DNA from: Ferroglobus placidus DSM 10642
Lineage (GTDB): Archaea > Halobacteriota > Archaeoglobi > Archaeoglobales > Archaeoglobaceae
Length of the DNA stretch: 32,000 bases
Direction: 5' to 3'
Assembly: GCF_000025505.1 (NCBI RefSeq)
Contig: NC_013849.1
Location: 210,001 to 242,000 of the forward strand
Shown: positions 25,992 through 32,000 of the stretch, piece by piece
How the letters are laid out: each line of letters starts with the position of its first letter
How positions within the stretch are numbered: position 1 is the stretch's first letter
Translations under genes and position numbers: made by a program
The notes under the pieces: generated by a model
Database searches by the model: none
Told to the model about the DNA's origin: nothing
The model's input: the letters and a program-made list of their open reading frames with translations, nothing else

Positions 25992-26242
25992 AAATAACCG
26001 AAATGAGCGAAAATTTCGTTAAACTCGTGATCAAGGGGGAAGATCACACGTATTTGAATCTTCTCCAGCACGAGCTCCTTAAAGATGATGACGTAATCTT
26101 GGCGAAATACCACATACCCCACCCCTACGTTGGCGAGCCAGAGCTTGTCGTCAGAACTAAAAGCAAGAATCCTATTCAGGCGATAAAGGAGGCTAACGAA
26201 AGGATAGTAAAGAAAATAGACGAGGTTCTGTCTCAGATCTGA
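25982..26242 (+). CDS. rpo11: DNA-directed RNA polymerase subunit Rpo11 (L)
   Basis: GEDHTYLNLLQHELLKDDDVILAKYHIPHPYVGEPELVVRT; start overlaps the Csl4 end. Confidence 0.93.
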   Translation: MEIKITEMSENFVKLVIKGEDHTYLNLLQHELLKDDDVILAKYHIPHPYVGEPELVVRTKSKNPIQAIKEANERIVKKIDEVLSQI

Positions 26243-26769
26243 ATTTTTAAAGCGTAAAGCTCCTCAAAAAACAGCTTTCTTTTCTTTACAACCTCGAATT
26301 TATAGCCGAGTTTTTCAATTTCCTCCTTAAGCCTTTCGAAGTTGTGGGAAGAGGAGATCAGAATTATCCTCCCATTTTCTTTAAGCTTTTCCTTGGCTTG
26401 CTTAAGAAATTCTACAGAGACTTCTATTCCCCCTCTCCCACCATCTATAGCTTTCTCCAGCCAATCTCCTACTTTTTCCTCCTCTTCGAGTTCCAAGTAC
26501 GGGGGGTTGAATAGAATGAGAGTAAATTTCCCTTTTATTCCTCTGAAAAGGTCGGCTATGACGACTTCAAGCCCCTTCTCCTTGCACATCTTCGCAGCGT
26601 GAGGGTTTATGTCGGTAGCAAGGAGAAACTTGCACTTCCCCTTTAATTTTTCCGAAACGAATCCGCTACCGGCCCCTATTTCTATTACAACGTCCTCCTC
26701 TTTAACTTCTTCCATAGCAGCTTCAAGCAAAAGCTCCGAATCCTCAGCTACTTCATAAACTGTCGGCAA
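26233..26769 (-). CDS. HemK/Mtq2-like N5-glutamine or N6-type methyltransferase
   Basis: TVYEVAEDSELLLEAA; VIEIGAGSGFVSEKL; LILFNPPYLELEEEE. TTG 26769 is a plausible start; the ORF is open upstream to 26940, overlapping ksgA. Confidence 0.85.
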   Translation of the reverse strand: MPTVYEVAEDSELLLEAAMEEVKEEDVVIEIGAGSGFVSEKLKGKCKFLLATDINPHAAKMCKEKGLEVVIADLFRGIKGKFTLILFNPPYLELEEEEKVGDWLEKAIDGGRGGIEVSVEFLKQAKEKLKENGRIILISSSHNFERLKEEIEKLGYKFEVVKKRKLFFEELYALKIQI

Positions 26770-27499
26770 TCTCCGCAAAAACTTCTGGCGGAATTTTTTC
26801 CGGTCTTTCATCCCCGTACCCCATGTCGCTAACTCTAACTTTTCTTTTCTCGCACCACTCCTCAAGAATCTTCGAGAACTTCTTCCTCCTCCTCGAAAAA
26901 ACGAAGGTAACGAGATCCTCGAAAACCTCAAGGTTCTCAACCTTAATCTCGGGCTCGTGAACGATTTTTACTATCGCCGCGTCAACCTTCGGCACCGGCT
27001 TAAAGGCGTATCTCGGAATTATGTCGACTATCTCAGCTTTACAGTAAGCTTTTGCTATAACGCTGAGCCTTCCGTACTTTTTACTTCCCTCCCTAGCAAC
27101 GAGCCTTTCGGCAAATTCCTTCTGATAAGTTACGACGCTGAGCTTAAAGCCGTGTTTGAGAACTTTGAAGGTCAATGGAGAAGATATCGAGAAAGGTATA
27201 TTCGAAACGAACTTGTCGCATTCCGGAAATTCGACCTTTAAAGCGTCCCCTTCGATTATCTCAAGCTTCCCCTCTTCAATATAGCCGCTAAACTTCTTTT
27301 TTAAAAGCTCAACAAATCTCCTGTCCTTCTCTATTCCGTAAACCTTCTTAGCTTTTTTTAAGAGAAGAGACGTAAGATTTCCCGGACCGCAACCGACTTC
27401 TAAAACCACGTCATCTCTTACTTCGGCAACGCTAACGATCTTCTTCAAATACCTCTTGTCCTTGAGTATGTGCTGATCTCTACTTTTTAAAAGCTTCAT
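26753..27499 (-). CDS. ksgA: rRNA small-subunit dimethyladenosine transferase (KsgA/Dim1)
   Basis: DQHILKDKRYLKKIVSVAEVRDDVVLEVGCGPGNLTSLLLKK; NIPFSISSPLTFKVL. Confidence 0.95.
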   Translation of the reverse strand: MKLLKSRDQHILKDKRYLKKIVSVAEVRDDVVLEVGCGPGNLTSLLLKKAKKVYGIEKDRRFVELLKKKFSGYIEEGKLEIIEGDALKVEFPECDKFVSNIPFSISSPLTFKVLKHGFKLSVVTYQKEFAERLVAREGSKKYGRLSVIAKAYCKAEIVDIIPRYAFKPVPKVDAAIVKIVHEPEIKVENLEVFEDLVTFVFSRRRKKFSKILEEWCEKRKVRVSDMGYGDERPEKIPPEVFAEIADSL

Positions 27500-28074
27500 G
27501 CGGTAAACAGCTTATATTTTTCTCTCGGATTCTGAAGTTCGTGGATGATTCTATTGACTATGCACTTCTCGGGATGAGACAAACCCTTCACCCTCTTCGC
27601 TATGTCCTCAAAACTTTTAAACGGCTCTTTCTTTCTCTCCTCCAGTATAGCCCACATAGTTTTCTTCCCAATTCCCGGAAGTAGTTCGAGTTGGTGGAGT
27701 TTCGTCGTTATCGGTGAAGCTTCGTTGAAGAACTTCACGAAGCGCTCCTCCTGATCCTTGACTATTTTTTCAATCACGTAAGGCAACTCAGCTTTTGCCG
27801 TAGGAGTTAGATCTTCGTACCTCAGCCTTCTCTTTATCCTGTCAACAACATCTCTCTCCCCTTTCCCTATGTAGACTCTATCCATTATCAGAGGGTTTTG
27901 CCCCTTTTTTATGCTGACCTCAAGAAGAGTGAAGTACTTTTCACCAACAACCTGAGCTAAAGGCTCCCTTTTGTGAATCGGTCTTTTATCATCGGGGTGA
28001 CCGTAAGGAAGGAAATCGAGAACGTAAGCGTAATCCTCGTACCTCTCTTCCTTCCTATCCTTACCTCTAACCAT
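27496..28074 (-). CDS. DUF655 family protein (helix-hairpin-helix containing)
   Basis: YEDYAYVLDFLPYGHPDD...; QLELLPGIGKKTMWAILEERKKEPFKSFEDI; ATGA overlap with ksgA. Confidence 0.88.
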   Translation of the reverse strand: MVRGKDRKEERYEDYAYVLDFLPYGHPDDKRPIHKREPLAQVVGEKYFTLLEVSIKKGQNPLIMDRVYIGKGERDVVDRIKRRLRYEDLTPTAKAELPYVIEKIVKDQEERFVKFFNEASPITTKLHQLELLPGIGKKTMWAILEERKKEPFKSFEDIAKRVKGLSHPEKCIVNRIIHELQNPREKYKLFTA

Positions 28075-28118
28075 AGCAATCGACCCTAAAATAGGTTTGA
28101 AACTATTTAATTTTTTCT

Positions 28119-28484
28119 TTAAATTCGGTATTTGTTAACGACTTCGAGAATCTCTCGTATCTGCTCTTCGGTCAGCGTATATCTTTCCTTGGCGTAGATT
28201 ATTCTAACCTCATCGGGAATTCTCGGCATTATATCCGCTATTTTCACAGCCAGCTCCTTTTTCCCGTAAAGCTGAGGAAGCTTTAACAACTCTTCCACGA
28301 GCTCTTTTGCTTTATCAGCTGGAAGCTTCGAAAAAGTTCTAAGGTATTTAAGGGTCTTCCTCGTTTCGTAAAGAATCTCAGCCTTCTCCCTCCTCTTTTC
28401 GACTATCTTCTCAAGAATTTCTCTCGCCTCAGAGATGGTTATATAGTCAAAATCCAAAACCTCTTTAAACGGCATTTGATCCAC
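28119..28484 (-). CDS. rpo4: RNA polymerase subunit Rpo4 (F)
   Basis: Position between L21e and DUF655, and RpoF-like sequence (YLRTFSKLPADKAKELVEELLKL...IMPRIPDEVRIIYAKERYTLTEEQIREILEVVNKY). Confidence 0.9.
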   Translation of the reverse strand: MDQMPFKEVLDFDYITISEAREILEKIVEKRREKAEILYETRKTLKYLRTFSKLPADKAKELVEELLKLPQLYGKKELAVKIADIMPRIPDEVRIIYAKERYTLTEEQIREILEVVNKYRI

Positions 28485-28770
28485 CCTGAGGCTTCAAATG
28501 TTCAGGACGGGCAAAAACAATCTTTTTCTTACCTCCGTCGGTTACCTCTACGAGATAAGCTCTTCCTCTTACTCCAACAACCCTTCCAGTCCTTCCCTGA
28601 AATCTCGGGTGAGGCATTCCTTTGTGTACAGCCGGATCTATGTCTATGTGTACTATCTGACCGATTTCAAACGTCTGAAGAGCTCTTCTAATCTTAATTC
28701 CCTTTTCCCTCACTTTTTTTCTGAGCTTTCTCCCGGACTTGAACCTGAAACCGTGAGATTTCCAGCCCAT
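28465..28770 (-). CDS. rpl21e: Ribosomal protein L21e
   Basis: KSHGFRFKSGRKLRKKVREKG; GMPHPRFQGRTGRVVGVRGRAYLVEV. Confidence 0.95.
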   Translation of the reverse strand: MGWKSHGFRFKSGRKLRKKVREKGIKIRRALQTFEIGQIVHIDIDPAVHKGMPHPRFQGRTGRVVGVRGRAYLVEVTDGGKKKIVFARPEHLKPQGGSNAV

Positions 28771-28791
28771 TCTTATCCCCCACGTTAGGTT

Positions 28792-29466
28792 TTATTCTCT
28801 GTTGATAAACTTATCTACGTAGACCTCAAGCATCTTTTCCACGTGGATCTTTGCGGAATCAAATAACTCTACATTTAAATCTTTCTGAGAGATAGCTAAA
28901 GGTAGCTCGGTGCATCCGAGAACGACTCCGTCTACAAATCTTTCGTACTTCTTAATTACCTCCAAGAGCTTGTCCTTCTCAAATTTTCCGAGAACGAGTT
29001 CCTCCATTATCACCCTGTGAACAACTTCCCTATCCTCCTCTTCTGGAACTATGATTTCTCCACCGTACTTTTCGAAAGCTCTCTGATAGAAATCGCTTTC
29101 CATCGTCTTTTTCGTTCCGAGCAAAAGGAATTTTCCTTTTCCAGCTTTCTCAGCCACAGCTTCCACTATGCTAACGAGTTCAAAGCTAACAGCCTTTTTT
29201 AGCTCATCGAAGAACATGTGAGGTGTGTTCGAAGCTATTCCCCCCACTTTCACTCCAGCCTCGTCAAGCTTTTTCAAAGCTTTAACGAGCAACCTCTTTC
29301 TCTCCTCGCTACTTCCTTCTACAAACTCCTTGAAGTTCAAGCTGTAAATTAAAATCTCCGGGTAGAAGTATTTCGGAAATCTTTTCCTCGATTCCTCGAT
29401 GAAGAGTCGGTAGTAATAAGCTGTCGCTTCCGGACTCAATCCTCCTACGATTCCAATCATAGGCAA
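28792..29466 (-). CDS. Aspartate/glutamate racemase family protein
   Basis: MIGIVGGLSPEATAYYYRLFIEESRKRF; ASNTPHMFFDELKKAV; VVLGCTELPLAIS. Confidence 0.92.
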   Translation of the reverse strand: MPMIGIVGGLSPEATAYYYRLFIEESRKRFPKYFYPEILIYSLNFKEFVEGSSEERKRLLVKALKKLDEAGVKVGGIASNTPHMFFDELKKAVSFELVSIVEAVAEKAGKGKFLLLGTKKTMESDFYQRAFEKYGGEIIVPEEEDREVVHRVIMEELVLGKFEKDKLLEVIKKYERFVDGVVLGCTELPLAISQKDLNVELFDSAKIHVEKMLEVYVDKFINRE

Positions 29467-29497
29467 AGTTTTTTGAGTCAGCTAAATAGTTTTCCCC

Positions 29498-30322
29498 ATG
29501 AAGCTCGTGGTGTTCAGCAAAAAAGATCCCGCAAGCCAGAACATAAAAAATTTCATATTCACGGAATTTTCCGCTGAGGAAAAGAAGGTGGAAGATTTCA
29601 CAATTTACGATTTCGGCGAGTTCTTAGGGGTTGAGATCGAGGAAAGGCTAATCTACGCTGACTTCCTCGATGAGAAGCTTTCAAAATTCTTAAGCTTTGA
29701 GGAAATGATTTTCGCTTCGAGACACAGCAGCAAGGACGGGAGAAAAATACTCACCGCCCACTTCACTGGCAACCTTGAAAGAGCTGATTACGGGGGAAAA
29801 GCTTACAGCTTAGCAAAACCTTCCCCGGACACGCTGAAAAATTACGTCCTCAACTTAGAGCTGCCGGAGGGTTTTGAATTTTCTTTAGAAGCCACCCACC
29901 ACGGACCTTCGGAAATTAAAAAGAAATCCCTCTTCGTTGAAATAGGATCGACCGAGGAGGAGTGGAAAAACGAGGAGGCTGGAGAAGCTGTCGGAAGGGC
30001 GATAATCGAGGCGGTAAAATCCGAAAGTAAGTGGAAGAAAGCGATAAGCGTTGGAGGAACGCACTACGCTCCGAGACAAACGGAAATAGTTCTCGAAACA
30101 ACCGTGACTTTCGGACACATCTTCGCAAAATACACCTTCGAATCGCTAACGCCGGAATTTCTCGTCAAAGCTTTTGAGCTGAGCGAAGCTGAATTTATTG
30201 TTATAGACGAGAAGTCAGTGAATGCGAAAGTGAAGGAGAAAATCTTTTCGGCAGCTCAAAGGATTGAAGCGGAGGTTTTGAAAAGTAAGGAAGTTAAGAG
30301 GAATTTCAGACTTTCCAAATAG
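29498..30322 (+). CDS. dtdA: D-aminoacyl-tRNA deacylase (DtdA/DTD2, GEK1-like)
   Basis: SRHSSKDGRKILTAHFTGN; LEATHHGPSEIKKKSLFVEIGSTEEEW; AISVGGTHYAPRQTEIV. Confidence 0.93.
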   Translation: MKLVVFSKKDPASQNIKNFIFTEFSAEEKKVEDFTIYDFGEFLGVEIEERLIYADFLDEKLSKFLSFEEMIFASRHSSKDGRKILTAHFTGNLERADYGGKAYSLAKPSPDTLKNYVLNLELPEGFEFSLEATHHGPSEIKKKSLFVEIGSTEEEWKNEEAGEAVGRAIIEAVKSESKWKKAISVGGTHYAPRQTEIVLETTVTFGHIFAKYTFESLTPEFLVKAFELSEAEFIVIDEKSVNAKVKEKIFSAAQRIEAEVLKSKEVKRNFRLSK

Positions 30323-30353
30323 CTTATTATAGTTATATTCTTAACACACATAA

Positions 30354-31941
30354 ATGCTTGCGAAGAGAGTACTATTAATCGGAGGAGGAATACTGCTGGT
30401 TTCTATTCTTGCCATTCATTTAATTATCGGTGCCGTTGCTTTCGACACGGCAGATAAAATAGATGTCGCAATCGCAAAAGAAGAGGTTGAAAAAGCAAAT
30501 ACCTCTCTGAATTATATCTTAGAGAACATAGACAGATTTTGCTCGGATTGGGCAGAATGGGACGACACCTACGAATTTATTTTAAACAATAAATGAGGAA
30601 TATTTGAGATCAAACTGGGTTAACGAAACTTATCCAACTTTAGGAATAAACTACGCGATATATTTCGACAAGAGGGGAAACGTGGTCTTTGCGGGAGGCT
30701 ATAACCTTCTGGAAGATGAACCAATGAAAGTTCCACCCAGCATTATCGCTGAATTCAGATATCTCCTTGCTAAAAGCGACGAAGACGTAAAGAAGGGCTT
30801 TCTGAGAATAAACGATGAAATTCTTATATTTTCTTCGAGACCGATACTACACAGCAATGAAACCGGACCGTTTGTTGGAACGCTGATATTTGCGAGAGTT
30901 CTGGATGAAGAGATAATCAATGCGGTTCGAGAGATTTCTGGAATCAATGTCTCTATCTCGTTGACTGCTAAAAATAATACTGAGACTACACAGAAATTCG
31001 TAATGGCTACTTATCCTTTAAAAGACTACAGGGGTGAGCAGATAGCGAGCATAGTAGTGTTGAAGGATAGAATTGCCAGAAATATCCTCTATCAGTTTTA
31101 CTTACCCTTCGCATTATCTGCTGGAGTGGTCGGAGGGATAGTCATTCTTAGCTATCTTGTTTTTGTTAAAAAATACGTTGTCAAGAGACTTGAAAATGTT
31201 ACGAGCACTCTGCAAGACATTACTTTGAAAGAGGATTTCGAGAGAAGAGTTTCCGATACTGGCGACGACGAAATAGCTGTGCTGAGTAGGAACATTAACG
31301 TTCTACTCGACAAAATCTCAAAAAATTTAAAGGAAATCAAGAGTTTGAACGACGATTTAAGGCTAATTAATAGAATAATGCGGCATGACATTTTGAATTC
31401 TCTGACAGCGATTCAGTTTTATGCCGACCTTCTGGAGGAAGAGTATAAGAAGGATTACGTAGGGAAAATTAAAGAGAGCACAGAAAAAATTGTTGATCTT
31501 ATAAAGAGAATTAGAGTTTTCGAACTTTCCTTAGAAAAAGGAATTAAAATGAAACCTGTGGATTTGGAAGAGATAATTCTCGAACTTTCCAAAGAGTACG
31601 GGGTTGAAGCTGTTGTTAAGGGAGATCTTAAGGTTTTAGCCGACGACTCTATCAAAAATGTCTTCGACAACCTCATATCGAACTCCGTAAAACATGGAAG
31701 AGCAAAAAGAATTTTTGTTGAAGGCAAGAGAGAAGGGGATTTTGCGATTATAACTTTCTACGACGATGGAATCGGAATTAGGGAAGATATAGCGGATAAA
31801 ATATTCGAAGAGGGTGTAACCACTGGAGGAAGTGGTTTAGGGCTCTACATAGCTAAAAGAATCCTTGAAAAATACGGTGGGGAGATAACATTAGCGGATC
31901 GAAAACAAGCTAAGTTCCTAATAAAATTAAAGGCATCGTAA
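30354..31941 (+). pseudogene. CHASE4-type membrane histidine kinase split into two ORFs by a frameshift (or sequencing/authentic frameshift)
   Basis: 30354..30596 gives TM1 plus DWAEWDDTYEFILNNK*; 30592 onward in another frame gives NEEYLRSNWVNETYPTLGINYAIYFDKRGNVVF...; then TM2, HAMP-like region, IMRHDILNSLTAI HisKA, HATPase (DDSIKNVFDNLISNSVKHG, DDGIGI, GSGLGLYIAKRI). Confidence 0.82.
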
Positions 31942-31975
31942 ACATTTAAATTTCCAGCAGCATCTACTTGAAAAG

Positions 31976-32000
31976 ATGAGTTTCAGTGCCAAAGAGCTGC
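31976..32000 (+). CDS. Possible start of next gene (truncated by window edge)
   Basis: ATG followed by MSFSAKEL; only 8 codons visible. Confidence 0.3.

Overview
The window is an archaeal chromosome segment, most likely from the Archaeoglobales (Ferroglobus/Geoglobus-like; inferred from gene content). It is mostly densely packed core genes: archaeal dnaG, tfe, a DacZ-type c-di-AMP cyclase next to a Get3/ArsA-like ATPase, gatB, a type II/IV secretion ATPase plus membrane platform, SRP 7S RNA, the L1-L10-L12 / Csl4 / Rpo11 block, the opposing L21e-RpoF-DUF655-KsgA-HemK block, an 8-heme cytochrome c lipoprotein, and sensor kinases. The main accessory feature is a very small integrated element (about 2.63 kb) at tRNA-Leu(CAG). 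It is bounded by a 57-bp perfect direct repeat (15280..15336 and 17906..17962) and has an SSV-type integrase partitioned across the two ends. int(N) carries a ribbon-helix-helix-like N-terminus, and int(C) is disrupted by a frameshift. Its cargo is an HK97-gp10-like tail/neck protein, an ATGA-coupled Cys-rich small protein, and a translationally coupled AbrB / DUF4258-like / DUF2283-like trio resembling a toxin-antitoxin system. Other observations are an L1-type autoregulatory hairpin upstream of rpl1, a CHASE4 histidine kinase split by a probable 1-nt frameshift, and a GAF/PAS protein lacking its ATPase domain.
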